Positions 9,093-20,027 of a stretch of DNA of 64,000 bases are shown here, piece by piece (position 1 is the first letter of the stretch; every line of letters begins with the position of its first letter). Under the pieces are notes generated by a model that was not told the origin of the DNA, did not search any database, and saw only the letters and a program-made list of their open reading frames with translations. The translations under genes and the position numbers were made by a program. Source of the stretch: Paramoeba atlantica (Eukaryota; Protista; Discosea); assembly GCA_977017575.1 (NCBI GenBank), contig CDRNVI010000029.1, positions 186,001 through 250,000 of the forward strand, in the 5' to 3' direction.

Positions 9093-11681
9093 ATGGACGT
9101 GAACGCATTTCACAGGTTAGAGGCGGAGGTTAAATCACAGATGCGGTTAATTTTCGACTGCACTCGAGATGCGCTTGCGGCGATCCAGCGCCTTGCAAAG
9201 GCGACAGAAAAGCGGCAGCCTTCTACATCAGACTCCACAAGGCTCATTGAGTTGCCGGAAGAAATGATCGCTGAGAGGGAGTCCGTACGTAAAGTGTCCA
9301 CGCTTCACTTTTTAGCTATCCGGGAGCAACTTTTTAGTGTAATGTTTGTGAATTTTCAGAAATCTATGAATGAAAGCTTTAACACCTATTTGGAAGCTAC
9401 AGAGAGATTGAAAACAATTTCGCCTAAAAATGAGGACCTAAGCGTTGCGCAAAGGCGTGCTTACTGCGAGGATACCCTTATCAACTTTCATCGGCATCGT
9501 GCCGTTCTGCTTTGTCAGCATTTTGGGAAATTACATCCTGTTGTGATCTTGCTTCCCTTTCGAAGACGTACGAGAGGTTCACCTGAAGGGGGCTCTGTTC
9601 ACGTTGTAAACACCGACGAGAGTCCGCATAGCCTAGCAGACTCTGTAAAATCGTACGAGAAGATTGCCGCGCGTTTTCTAGAAATGGGTGCCATAGTTAC
9701 CGCAGTGACGTCTACGGCTATGCCTTGCATACGGCTGCGAGATTTAGACTACAATCGGTTGTGCCAAAAAGCGGAAGCGAACGAGCCGTCCACTGCTCAT
9801 TCCCCGCTTTCTGCGAGCTCCTGGCACCCCAGTTGTAATATTCTTGTAGACAGTGTGTGGGCGGAGGAATGTTTACGAGAAAACACCCTGCTGGAGCTCG
9901 ACACTCAGCGGTACCATATCCAACGCTGTGAGTCTCAGATTACTTCTTCCCCCAAACGAGACAATCCAACGGCAAGCTCTCCTCCCAAAGAAGAAGAGAA
10001 AAATGTTCCCGAAGAGTCACTCGACACCGACCACCGAGAATGGGAACTGGAAGAAGCCGTTTTGCGTCTCGAACAGCAAATTGAGAACTTATCCACCCCG
10101 TGCGAAGCTCCGCAACACGAAATGTCCGATTCCCACGATAGTACCCGTATTCCTCAAAACAAAAGACCACGTCTACGCTCCTTCCCGGTTTCCAAATCAC
10201 ACAGTACACGACCCCTTCCCCCCAAACCTTTAACAACGTTAAATCTTGATCTCCTTCCCCGATCCCTCCCCGAACCCCCTTCGTTCGAGGAGGACGTCTC
10301 ATCCCGTATTGTTCTCACCGCGATTGGGGAGTCCCAAGTCGTTCACTTTAACCATTACGAGAACACCCACCCTAACCCTAAAAAACAAGAACAACAACAC
10401 AATGTCGATGAGTTGGATCGGACACCGATATCCCATCCAAGACAGTTAGATAAACAAGAAAAACAATATGATGTCGATGATTCGGAGCGTACATCCATAG
10501 TGAACAAGAATGACAATAAGAAAGAAAAACAACATGCCGATGACAATGTTGTGGGTACCTCCATGGGGAATGACAACCATAAAAAAGAAAAACAACTTAT
10601 CGACGACCATGTTGCGGGTACATCCATAATGAATAACCGTAAAAAACAACAACACGCCGATGACAGTGTTGTGGATACGTCCTCAATGAACCATAACGAT
10701 AAAAACCAACAGCAGCATGCCGACGACAGTGTTGTGGCTACATCCATAAAAAACAAACCACAAGAACAACCACAACCACATGCCAACGACGTTGTTGTTA
10801 GTAAATCCACAATGAATAACAACAGCAGCAATAACAGCAAACAGCATCTCCCCCCTCCCCCCGCCTTCCAGTTCACCTCCTCCTCCCCCCGCGGCTCTCT
10901 CCTCGACATCATCGCCGCACTCCACGCAGAGTTCGATGTCAGCCCGCAGTACAGCGGCACCGCATCCCACCTGGTGGTACCCGACGACGAGAGGGGAGAA
11001 GTAAATAAAAAGAATAGGAATCATAGGAATCATGAGTGTAAGAATACAAACGAAGGGACAGGACACGACAGGAGGGGACTCAAGGCTCGGGCAGGGCCGT
11101 ACACGAGCCCCCGGGTCGACAAGCTGCTGGCGTTTGCCCTCGCCGGGAAGCCTGTGGTCACGGAGGGGTTTCTCTGGGCCGCTAAACGCGCGGGGGAGTG
11201 GGGAGACCCCGAGACTTTTCGGTGGTTCGCAAAAGGAAGTTTAGCCGAGGCGGTACAAACCCACGGGGTTCGACTGTTTCGCGGGGCCCGGGTGGGGGTG
11301 CGGGGGGAGGGGGGTGGGGAGAACAGGACCGGGTTTCTCAAAACCCTGTGTAGGGAGGCGGGGGCGACGGCGGTGTGGGGATGCGGGGAGAAAGGGGTGG
11401 ATTGGGCAGGGCTCACCCATGTGGTGTATGAACCGGAGGGGGAGGACGAGGAAGGTGCCAACAAGACGAGGATTACGATTCACACGGGACTGGAGTCTGA
11501 GGAGGAGAAGAAAAGGCTGAATGCGCAGGTGCAACGTGTTCCGCTTTCCTATGTCGCGAGTCTTCTCACCAAGCCGGTGCGACCCGATCGTGTGGAGGCT
11601 TGTGCAGCGGACCAGGGGGTGGGACCCATTTCGAAATTAGTGAATTTTACCCGTTTTCGGTCTCAAGTTTTGTTCAAATAG
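9093..11681 (+). CDS. BRCT-domain protein (one N-terminal BRCT-like domain, C-terminal tandem BRCT of MDC1/PTIP type)
   Basis: ILVDSVWAEECL; PRVDKLLAFALAGKPVVTEGFLWAAKRAGEW followed by LFRGARV...LKTLCREAGAT, matching tandem-BRCT patterns. Start uncertain (ATG 9042 or 9093). Confidence 0.7.
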   Translation: MDVNAFHRLEAEVKSQMRLIFDCTRDALAAIQRLAKATEKRQPSTSDSTRLIELPEEMIAERESVRKVSTLHFLAIREQLFSVMFVNFQKSMNESFNTYLEATERLKTISPKNEDLSVAQRRAYCEDTLINFHRHRAVLLCQHFGKLHPVVILLPFRRRTRGSPEGGSVHVVNTDESPHSLADSVKSYEKIAARFLEMGAIVTAVTSTAMPCIRLRDLDYNRLCQKAEANEPSTAHSPLSASSWHPSCNILVDSVWAEECLRENTLLELDTQRYHIQRCESQITSSPKRDNPTASSPPKEEEKNVPEESLDTDHREWELEEAVLRLEQQIENLSTPCEAPQHEMSDSHDSTRIPQNKRPRLRSFPVSKSHSTRPLPPKPLTTLNLDLLPRSLPEPPSFEEDVSSRIVLTAIGESQVVHFNHYENTHPNPKKQEQQHNVDELDRTPISHPRQLDKQEKQYDVDDSERTSIVNKNDNKKEKQHADDNVVGTSMGNDNHKKEKQLIDDHVAGTSIMNNRKKQQHADDSVVDTSSMNHNDKNQQQHADDSVVATSIKNKPQEQPQPHANDVVVSKSTMNNNSSNNSKQHLPPPPAFQFTSSSPRGSLLDIIAALHAEFDVSPQYSGTASHLVVPDDERGEVNKKNRNHRNHECKNTNEGTGHDRRGLKARAGPYTSPRVDKLLAFALAGKPVVTEGFLWAAKRAGEWGDPETFRWFAKGSLAEAVQTHGVRLFRGARVGVRGEGGGENRTGFLKTLCREAGATAVWGCGEKGVDWAGLTHVVYEPEGEDEEGANKTRITIHTGLESEEEKKRLNAQVQRVPLSYVASLLTKPVRPDRVEACAADQGVGPISKLVNFTRFRSQVLFK
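10380..10815 (+). repeat. Degenerate ~20-aa coding repeat (K/Q..HADDxVVxTS), about 7 copies
   Basis: Units such as KEKQHADDNVVGTSM, KKQQHADDSVVDTSSM and QQQHADDSVVATSIK inside the BRCT ORF. Confidence 0.8.
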
Positions 11682-11973
11682 GGTTGAGCGGAGATTTCGA
11701 TGGTGTAAATGGTTTTGTGTATTCAATGCATCGTGTTTGTTGGCTATGGGGGAGTGTGTGTGGGTGGCTCCTCAGAGTGATGACTTGCCTAGGAAAGCGA
11801 TAGAGAGTTCAATTACTTTTCAATTACTTTTTTCAATTGCTTGAGAGAACTGTTTCTATTCGTGGTTAACAGACATTCGTACTACATTGACATTACCAGT
11901 TTTACTGTATCTTTGAGTACTAAACTTTAAGTACTAAATGCTCTTCGCCCTCCGATAACGAGCCGCATCGTCC

Positions 11974-12807
11974 ATGAGCGCGACGGATACGGATGCCATC
12001 AGTATTCCTCCCTCTTCTACGACGAATGAAGATGCGATTCCCCGAAAGCACGGCTTCACCCAACCATGGGAGTGGGCCCAGATCATTTCCTGGCTTCTTA
12101 TTGTACTCTCCTTCACCGCATGGTGGCCACTCTACGCGACACAGTGGGAGCTCAGGTCCTCCCTGATTCTATCCGCACTGTTCCTGATCCTATCGGGTAT
12201 TACCATTTCACTCTATTTTGCTGCGGGTTTGACCCAAACCGCAGACAAAGGACTGTTTTACGAGGTGCTCCTTGCGCCAACAAACACGATGGAAACTCAA
12301 GTACCCCCAGGAAAGATTTACTGCCCCTATTGTCTTGCATGGGTCTCCTCGAGCTGCAAACACTGTGCATGCTGTGACAAGTGCATTCGAGGGTTTGACC
12401 ATCACTGCATGTGGCTCGGGACGTGTATTGGAGAGCGAAACTACCGAACCTTTATGGCATTAACTGTTTCTGCGTTACTTCTGGTCGCGACGCAAGTCAC
12501 GGTGAGTTTGATTTTTATTGTACGCAGTTATCAGAATAACTTTGTATTAAGCGAAGGCTCCTGGATACGAAACGTAACGTTGTACCAAGTGTTTCTTTTT
12601 GTCCATCTGATGATAGAAACGGTTTCTTTGTATGCATTAGGAAAGCTTACGTTGTTTCATATTTATTTAAAGGCGACGAATCATTCCACATATTCTTGGA
12701 TCATGAACCAGAGAGAAGCCCGGATAGATGAGAACGTTTACAGACGAAGGAGTACTGTTGGTATCGTAGAGAGATGTATGACGTCTTGTTACCGATGCTA
12801 TGTGTAG
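11974..12807 (+). CDS. DHHC palmitoyltransferase
   Basis: Cys-rich domain CPYC...CKHCACCDKCIRGFDHHCMWLGTCIGERNY with four TM segments; FTQPWEWAQIISW N-terminus is ZDHHC1/11-like. Confidence 0.95.
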   Translation: MSATDTDAISIPPSSTTNEDAIPRKHGFTQPWEWAQIISWLLIVLSFTAWWPLYATQWELRSSLILSALFLILSGITISLYFAAGLTQTADKGLFYEVLLAPTNTMETQVPPGKIYCPYCLAWVSSSCKHCACCDKCIRGFDHHCMWLGTCIGERNYRTFMALTVSALLLVATQVTVSLIFIVRSYQNNFVLSEGSWIRNVTLYQVFLFVHLMIETVSLYALGKLTLFHIYLKATNHSTYSWIMNQREARIDENVYRRRSTVGIVERCMTSCYRCYV

Positions 12808-13027
12808 AGTTCACGGACGTTGTACAACCTTTTTTGACCGTTGGTCTTCCAACGGTTCAAAGGCTTTTGGTTTAAGTCTTTAAATTGAATCGTGCTCATA
12901 TTGTAGGTTGCATATTTATGTGCTGTATTTTTTTAAAAAAAACGGGAAGATGTAGAACGCAATTTGACTATTTCTTTCGCATTTTGTTTAGAAATTATCG
13001 TAAATTTTTGAAGAATTATTCAAAAAT

Positions 13028-13429
13028 ATGCAAGACCCAACGATCGTGTGGAACATTGCCAGGAAACAATCCGCCTTTAAGGTAAAACGCAATGGAATCA
13101 CTCGATCCCAAGACTTGCTGAACGCCACCGGGCGATTCCTGCGCGATGATGGGCTGTTTGCCCCGGAAAAGTCACAACCAGTTAGTTTCGTGCGAGGCGT
13201 CGTGAAGGACGGAGACAAACGAAAGAACGTTCTTGTAATTTGCGAGCGCAGAAAGAATGGCACCTTGATAAAGACCCCGTCTTGCAAGACCAACGCGAAA
13301 AGTAAACAAAAATCGGTGCAGAAACAGACAGGAAAAAACCGTTTCATTCACTACGCAGCGCTTAAGGCCTGGAAAGTGGTACGTAGTTTGGGTCGCATTG
13401 CGGCGAAGAAGTCCGAACAAAGCAATTAA
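13028..13429 (+). CDS. RPL28: 60S ribosomal protein L28e
   Basis: 133 aa, basic; IVWNIARKQSAFKVKRNGITRSQD..NATG resembles the L28e N-terminus (W...R..S.F..KR). Confidence 0.75.
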   Translation: MQDPTIVWNIARKQSAFKVKRNGITRSQDLLNATGRFLRDDGLFAPEKSQPVSFVRGVVKDGDKRKNVLVICERRKNGTLIKTPSCKTNAKSKQKSVQKQTGKNRFIHYAALKAWKVVRSLGRIAAKKSEQSN

Positions 13430-13689
13430 TTCGAAAGAAATTTATGGAAGAATAGTATTGCGCGTAAGCCTGAAAGACTACTGAAGCACGTTTTTCTTGT
13501 AGAATAAATTACCCATAAAGTAAAACACCCAGGCTGTTTACAGATTGAAAAACACATTGACAAAAATGGTTGGTGCACAAAACGATTTAAGTAATGCATT
13601 GAAGAAAAACATTTGAGAAGACCAAATCTTGTTTGAACTCGAAAGAAAGTATTCATAGGTCAGACTTTTCTTACATTTCGTTAAACTGT

Positions 13690-15546
13690 ATGTCTTTCTC
13701 GAATGTTGTACGATTGAACGAGTTGTCGGACTATATTGCGCCAAGCCAGGTATGCATTCTACCTCTGCAGAATACTGCTGCTTCTTCGCCCATTTCTGAT
13801 GACCCGAAGGATGCAGACTTGAGCTCTGGTTTGGTGCATATGCATCGTAAATCAGCGACGGGGATTGGTGCACAAGAAATCAAGGAAAGTCGAGCGCGAA
13901 TTACACTCGCTGACTGCTTAGCGTGCAGTGGATGTGTCACAACTGCAGAAGAAATTCTGATCACGCAGCAAAGTACACAAGAGGTGGACACTGTTCTTTC
14001 ACAATTTAAACAGGACATACTTTTAAGAACCGAGCTCGAAGGGACTAGTCCAGAAAGAAATCGGTTTTCTCATCGCATAACGGTAGTGTCTATTTCGCCG
14101 CAGACTGTGGCGAGCCTATGCGCTTTTTACCAAGATGTTCAGCCTTGTGACACATTTTCCAAACTTTATTACTTCCTTACTCGCATCATCGGAATCGATT
14201 TTGTGTGCTCCACAGACTTCGCACAGAAAATTGGACGCTTGCTGACCATGATCGAATATACGCAGCGCTTGCGGAGTAACTCCCCAAATCAGAGTGCGCT
14301 TCCGCTACTGGTGAGCTCTTGTCCTGGGTTTGTTTGCTACATTGAGAAAAAGCATCCCGAACTGCTTCCTTTTCTCTCTCGAATTATGTCCCCTCAGGGG
14401 ATTACGGGAAAACTGCTCGAAGCGTATTTTAAAACCGAATCACGAACGGGTGGTTCTCACCCTTCCTACTACCATGTCTCTCTGCAGCCCTGTTTCGATC
14501 GTAAATTGGAAGCCGCACGTCCCGAATTATCCGAATCTACTCATTGTGTTATTGCCACATCTGAGATTCTGGATTGGATACAACAAAAAGATATCGATTG
14601 GCACAATCTCCCTGTAAGCGCAATTTTTGATCATGACAACCCTTTGATAGAAAAAGTGGAAGAAGGAGGCGGCAAACATATTCGGGGTTCACTCCTTGCC
14701 TTTTCATTCGACCTACCGATGGATTTCCGTCAATATTTTCCAAGAAGCAATGACAGCGATGCGACTAGGCATTGGCTTCCACCACCCCCTATACCTTCTC
14801 TCCCATCGACGACAGATCCCAACGAATCTTTAGACAATTCCTTGAACATAAAAATGGAAGGCAGCGGAGCGTACCACAAAGATGCTCTTTTTCTTCAAGT
14901 TTTTAAGAAAAATTCAGACATTTCTTTAAACGATTCAAAGATGAGGTACCGTACCCGACGTAATGTGCATCACGCGGAGGCTTACCTTGACTCATCGCCG
15001 GATCTCTTCACGACTGTCATGTATGGATTTCAGCACATTCAAAACGTAACGCGTACGATTCGAAATGAACAGCGTCGAGTCTCATCCACATCCCGATCTC
15101 GAGATGTTCTACCGGATGTGATGCGGCGCTATTCGAGCTTTATCGAAATCATGGCCTGTCCGGGTGGGTGTGTCCATGGAGGGGCGCAGGCACCACAGGA
15201 ATCCCTTTCATCCGGGAACATATCCCAAATTGCAGATGTTACAACATCTCAAACGGTAGAACAACTTTATTGTATTTGGGAGAAACAAAATGAGACGTTA
15301 GATCAAAGTTGTGACGCGGTGAGTCTGTACGATGTCTTATTGCGCGGTGAGGTTTTATCCAGGCGAGTTACGAATCGAAAAGATAAGAGCAGTACGGAGT
15401 TCTTGACAGGGGACGAATTGCGGAGCTTCTGTTCGTATTTTTCGACCAATCTCACGAGCCGAGCGATGGCACAGGAGACCGACGGTGTAACAGAAAAACA
15501 ACGGCTAGATAAGATGCCTCCAGGAGCACACACATTAAGCTGGTGA
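13690..15546 (+). CDS. NAR1: Cytosolic Fe-S assembly factor NAR1/NARFL (hydrogenase-like)
   Basis: ITLADCLACSGCVTTAE, SSCPG, QPCFDRKLEA and EIMACPGGCVHGGAQ motifs. Confidence 0.93.
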   Translation: MSFSNVVRLNELSDYIAPSQVCILPLQNTAASSPISDDPKDADLSSGLVHMHRKSATGIGAQEIKESRARITLADCLACSGCVTTAEEILITQQSTQEVDTVLSQFKQDILLRTELEGTSPERNRFSHRITVVSISPQTVASLCAFYQDVQPCDTFSKLYYFLTRIIGIDFVCSTDFAQKIGRLLTMIEYTQRLRSNSPNQSALPLLVSSCPGFVCYIEKKHPELLPFLSRIMSPQGITGKLLEAYFKTESRTGGSHPSYYHVSLQPCFDRKLEAARPELSESTHCVIATSEILDWIQQKDIDWHNLPVSAIFDHDNPLIEKVEEGGGKHIRGSLLAFSFDLPMDFRQYFPRSNDSDATRHWLPPPPIPSLPSTTDPNESLDNSLNIKMEGSGAYHKDALFLQVFKKNSDISLNDSKMRYRTRRNVHHAEAYLDSSPDLFTTVMYGFQHIQNVTRTIRNEQRRVSSTSRSRDVLPDVMRRYSSFIEIMACPGGCVHGGAQAPQESLSSGNISQIADVTTSQTVEQLYCIWEKQNETLDQSCDAVSLYDVLLRGEVLSRRVTNRKDKSSTEFLTGDELRSFCSYFSTNLTSRAMAQETDGVTEKQRLDKMPPGAHTLSW

Positions 15547-15693
15547 AGATATTTTCTTTAAACACGAACGCATGTCCTTTTATGTAAATCCTAGTTTTCA
15601 AGTAAATTAGTTTCAATTAAGGACATGCAACGATTGCCCACGTTTTGAATTTTATACAAAAAATAACTTTTCCTACACAAACGTTATTCTACT

Positions 15694-16263
15694 ATGCGGT
15701 CGGTTTGCCTGCACCTCGCCCGACGCAGCGGTGCCTTCCTCCCCTCGCTCCTCCTCCACCACCAGACCCCCACACTTCCGGATGGTTTCTCTTTTATCGA
15801 TACCAAAGTGGAGGATAAAGGAATCACTTCTAGTTTTGAGAACCCGGAGGATATCACGCTTACGCTTACCCGTCAAGATGAGTGCATTGTACGACAGCAA
15901 CCCGTACGTGCGATTACGCTACAAACCAACACCGGAGCCCTGGGGGTGCGACCGGGACATGAGTACAAGATTGCTAAGCTCGTCCCCGGGGTGCTTGCGA
16001 TTCAGCAAACAGAATCCAGCGCCCCGGAGTCGTATTTCACCTCCGGAGGTTTTGCACAAATCAACAGCGACGGACAGGTAGATGTGAATACCGTGGAGTG
16101 CGTCCGACTCAGTGATGTCGAGAGCACATATGTGGATACGGAACTCAGTAAAGCCAACGAGGCCTCACGCTCCGCAAAGTCTGAAAAGGAAAAGGCTCTA
16201 GCGGATGTGTCCGTGGGGATTCTGGAGGCGTTGCAAACCGCACTGAAGGAAAACCAGGCGTAA
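15694..16263 (+). CDS. Mitochondrial F1-ATP synthase delta subunit, kinetoplastid-like
   Basis: LTLTRQDE...G..PGHEYKI..L.P...YFTSGGFAQIN..G..DVNTVEC follows the trypanosomatid delta-subunit pattern as recalled; N-terminal presequence. Confidence 0.9.
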   Translation: MRSVCLHLARRSGAFLPSLLLHHQTPTLPDGFSFIDTKVEDKGITSSFENPEDITLTLTRQDECIVRQQPVRAITLQTNTGALGVRPGHEYKIAKLVPGVLAIQQTESSAPESYFTSGGFAQINSDGQVDVNTVECVRLSDVESTYVDTELSKANEASRSAKSEKEKALADVSVGILEALQTALKENQA

Positions 16264-16612
16264 ATGGTGAGTGTTATCAATTGAGAAATATTTGGTTTTG
16301 CATTGAGTTGTCATTTTTTGATCCCCTAGTTCTTATCTTTTGTACGTGTGTGCTCACTATCACCCCCGAGTTCAGTTAAAAACAACAGTCTAAATAGGAG
16401 ATACACGTCAATGGCATGTAAAACTTTGCATTTAAATGGTTTATTGGTGATAACGTGAAAATATTAAAATTTTCGACGTTGCAGGCATTGCTCAGCTTAT
16501 ATTTCCAAATACTAAATTATTTATGAAAATTAAAATTGGTGCGAAAAATGGAGCTGTGAAATCAGGTACCTCAAAATAACAAGTAGCGCCCATTCTTAGA
16601 AATGAGAACGAG

Positions 16613-19600
16613 ATGAACCACGTGTCAAATATACGTTTCAATGCGTCAAGTCTCGGTAGTACGACTAGTATTTCCCAATTAGGCAGTTTAACCACGAAGG
16701 ACGCATCGGTGAGCGGAACAGCACTTCATGTCCTGGAATGCGCAAGACGTAGCGGTGTGCATGTGGATAAGAAAATGTATAACGCCTTTCTGAATGCGTT
16801 ATCACGCAAAACAGTAAAGAAACACACAAGCACGCCACCACGCCGTACCCAAGCCTCTTCTTTTTCGCTTAAACTTCCACCCGATGCCGCAAAGGAGAAA
16901 GCGAGCATCCCATCCCTAGGATCGTGGCACACGTCAGAGAGCGTATCGGAGCACACAGCTATAACAAGGGAATCTTCACGGGTAACACCGAGCCGTGTGC
17001 CTTCCCTGGGTGAGGGGCCAAGTCCCCCTCCGCAGCGAACCAAGACCCCACCGCGAAAACCTCAGACCCTATCGGTTCCTCCATTAGGCGAGGGACCGCA
17101 CGTTACTGTTCTAAGCGTAGCCCACAGTAGAGAGAAAGAAAAAACAACAATGCATTTAGCAGCGGGAGTAGATAAAAGAATGCACTCTCTTCACTCGTTT
17201 ATGAACCACAAGGGCCAGTGGAAAAGTCTGGAATTAGACTTGCCATTGAGAAGACCCCCGACTTCGTCCTCAGCTACTGTAAAAGTACAAGCAGCAAATA
17301 GTAATCAGCAAGCGATGGGGGACCAGAAGCTTCAAACCGCTGCTCCCTCAGCGGAACTTGTGGCTTCCAAATCGGGCGTTTTGAGTTTAGAGCCCTTTAG
17401 TAGCCCGAAGAAAGCTTCAGATAAATTGCCTTCCTCAACACGTAAGAAGGCGCTTATAGGAGGACCCGATAAGAATATTCGCGTGGCACATCTGATGGAT
17501 GATCCATCTCTGTACAAGAAGGAACAACCCGAGCGAGCGCCTGTCACCGGAAGCGATGAGCTAGCAAGTAAATTGGCGAATATTTCAGAGGAATGGAAGA
17601 GAAGACAAGACGAGGAAGCGAAACGTCAAGCTGAGGTGTTGGAGCAACGACAAAAGATGGCGGAAGCGATGGAATATAAACGGAAACTATCCCTGAAAAA
17701 TGAAAACTGGGTGAAGCGCAGAGGCCTGGCAACAAAGGTCAAGGTAAAAGGGCTTACGGGAGATTTACGTGATGTGGTGTGTGGACCACTGGAGGGAACG
17801 GCTCTAAAAACCTATCAAAGACTCCGAGCTTCGCGCGATGTTTCTGCCGATTGCTATCGCATGTTGTGTTGCCGGTTGAACCGCCCGAAACATCTTGACA
17901 TGCTGGCGGACGTTCTTCAAGAAATGGAAGGTTCTGCTTCGAGTGAAATCAACAAGATTGCTCTACGTTTTAGAGCTGGAATCAGCCTCCGTATTGCAAC
18001 GTTGGATCGACTGCTACAATTTGTCGATAAAATGGAGAAGTTGAAGCTTTCCCCGTCGAAAAACATCTTGCGTGTACTCATGCGACTCTACGTCACAGAC
18101 AACCCTGTCTCTGGGTGGCAGAAGGCGGTTGAAGTCTATAGCAAGTACAAACCACTGATGCGAGATCCGTTGTGTAGTATGGAGTTGTACCTTCTTCAGG
18201 CAATGTCCATTTCGATTCGAGGAGCCCAACATCAGACCAGGAAGTCAGTCATTTTATCCCTGCATGACCTGTTAAAAACCAAAATGAATGAGATAGGTAA
18301 GCTCCATCACGTTGCCCTTATTCGTGCCTACGGCAGTGTAAGAGATAGTGGTGCTGCGCATTCCATATTAAACCGATACAAAGATATAGGCGAGGTCGAT
18401 CAGACGATGTACACCGCCCTTCTTCCCTCCTGTGATGCAGATGCAATAAAAGAAATTACTTCCAAGCTCTTCAGCGAGCCACATCCCGTGGAATCCAACC
18501 TGGTTGCCTCCTCCATGATGAGCATGACGGCACGACAATATCCAGATGAGGCATGGAAGATTTATCGCCAGGCATGTTCGCATAATGAAGTCCCTATGCA
18601 CGGAGCTTATCTAGGACACGCTCTCGTGCGAAGTTTGCAAGGCGCAGGCATCACAAAAGAAAATATTCTGGAGACGCACAAAGTGCTTATTCGAGACGGC
18701 TTTTATTCTCATTTGAATCTCACACACATGCTGCAACTACTGAACCAATTTCAACTCTATGCCGAGTCTCTGGATGCCGTCAAGCATACTCCTCGAATTT
18801 ATTGGGAAGCAGCAAATTCACAAGCTCTTGAGGCCTACATGGAAGCTCAGAAGAAATCAAGAGGACACATTGATAGCGATATACCGGTTAAGAAAGAGGC
18901 CCTACCGACTGAGAGTGATGCATCCCCCTACTCTGAGAAAGAATTACTTTCTATCGAGCCTTCTAAAACCGAAGATTTGGTAACAGATGACTCCACACAA
19001 CTTGCAAGCGAACAAAAGGAGAAAATTCACAGCTATGAACAAAGCCTGATCGAATGCGCGAAGTCTCGAAATTGGATTCAGGCGCTTGATCTTCTTGAGA
19101 ACCTCAAGGAGACAAACACAGTTTTAACCGGCCATCACTACAATTGTGCCATCTCTGCGGCCACCACCAATATCGAAATTGTGGACCATCTCCACAAAAT
19201 CATGAAATCGCGCAATATCCCCATGAACGCAACCACCACAAACACGATTATCAACTCTCGCTTACGGGTGCAACTCTGGGAGGAGGCGCTGGTGTCGTTT
19301 GAGCACTCCCCGGTCCATCTCCGGGACGTCAGCACGTACTCCATGGCGCTGAATGCGATCTCCCACTCCGACTCGATCTGGTGCGCCGCCATCCACGTGC
19401 TACGCGAGATGGCAAAACACAATGTGCGTCCCACAACGGTTTCTTACTCCATGGCGCTGAATTCGGTTCACTCACACAGCTGGACGGCCGCGCTTGCGAT
19501 CGTGCAGTCCATGTCGAGTTCTAAAGGGGTGGAGCTTCGGCCGGCTGTGTTGAGTAAGCTGACGAAGTCGCTGGAAGCCCATGACAAAGGGGAGCTGATT

Positions 19601-19654
19601 CCACAGGTGACAAAGTGGCTCGTAAAAGGGGGTGGTAAAAAGGGAAATAAGTAG
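16613..19654 (+). CDS. Pentatricopeptide-repeat (PPR) protein
   Basis: PPR-like helices MYNAFLNALSR, HHVALIRAYGS, MYTALLPSC, HYNCAISAA, TYSMALNAIS and SYSMALNSV. Confidence 0.8.
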   Translation: MNHVSNIRFNASSLGSTTSISQLGSLTTKDASVSGTALHVLECARRSGVHVDKKMYNAFLNALSRKTVKKHTSTPPRRTQASSFSLKLPPDAAKEKASIPSLGSWHTSESVSEHTAITRESSRVTPSRVPSLGEGPSPPPQRTKTPPRKPQTLSVPPLGEGPHVTVLSVAHSREKEKTTMHLAAGVDKRMHSLHSFMNHKGQWKSLELDLPLRRPPTSSSATVKVQAANSNQQAMGDQKLQTAAPSAELVASKSGVLSLEPFSSPKKASDKLPSSTRKKALIGGPDKNIRVAHLMDDPSLYKKEQPERAPVTGSDELASKLANISEEWKRRQDEEAKRQAEVLEQRQKMAEAMEYKRKLSLKNENWVKRRGLATKVKVKGLTGDLRDVVCGPLEGTALKTYQRLRASRDVSADCYRMLCCRLNRPKHLDMLADVLQEMEGSASSEINKIALRFRAGISLRIATLDRLLQFVDKMEKLKLSPSKNILRVLMRLYVTDNPVSGWQKAVEVYSKYKPLMRDPLCSMELYLLQAMSISIRGAQHQTRKSVILSLHDLLKTKMNEIGKLHHVALIRAYGSVRDSGAAHSILNRYKDIGEVDQTMYTALLPSCDADAIKEITSKLFSEPHPVESNLVASSMMSMTARQYPDEAWKIYRQACSHNEVPMHGAYLGHALVRSLQGAGITKENILETHKVLIRDGFYSHLNLTHMLQLLNQFQLYAESLDAVKHTPRIYWEAANSQALEAYMEAQKKSRGHIDSDIPVKKEALPTESDASPYSEKELLSIEPSKTEDLVTDDSTQLASEQKEKIHSYEQSLIECAKSRNWIQALDLLENLKETNTVLTGHHYNCAISAATTNIEIVDHLHKIMKSRNIPMNATTTNTIINSRLRVQLWEEALVSFEHSPVHLRDVSTYSMALNAISHSDSIWCAAIHVLREMAKHNVRPTTVSYSMALNSVHSHSWTAALAIVQSMSSSKGVELRPAVLSKLTKSLEAHDKGELIPQVTKWLVKGGGKKGNK

Positions 19655-20027
19655 AGAGAATTTCACACCAGGTGAACGGATGGCATCGATGGGGTTTACG
19701 ACCAAAGTTTCTGCCTGGTGGCATGCAGAAAAGGAGCTCGAAACGCAGAACAAGGCTTAACAGATGATCTTGCTTTTGGTTGATGGATTGCGTTTTCGGA
19801 AGGTGTTGTATACACCTTGTATAGTGTCGTAGTTTGTACCATAGTTTGTCTGTTGTATAGTGCCGTAGTTTGTACCATTTTTGACGTTAGCACATGCTAG
19901 GACATGTCAGACGACTTAGTTTGTGATTTATCCTTCGCCACTTCTTATGCTTGCCAGCACATTCATGTAGTGTCGTCATTCTTTTTTTTTTGAATAGCAT
20001 TTGTGCTATACCTATTTTAAAGGACGA

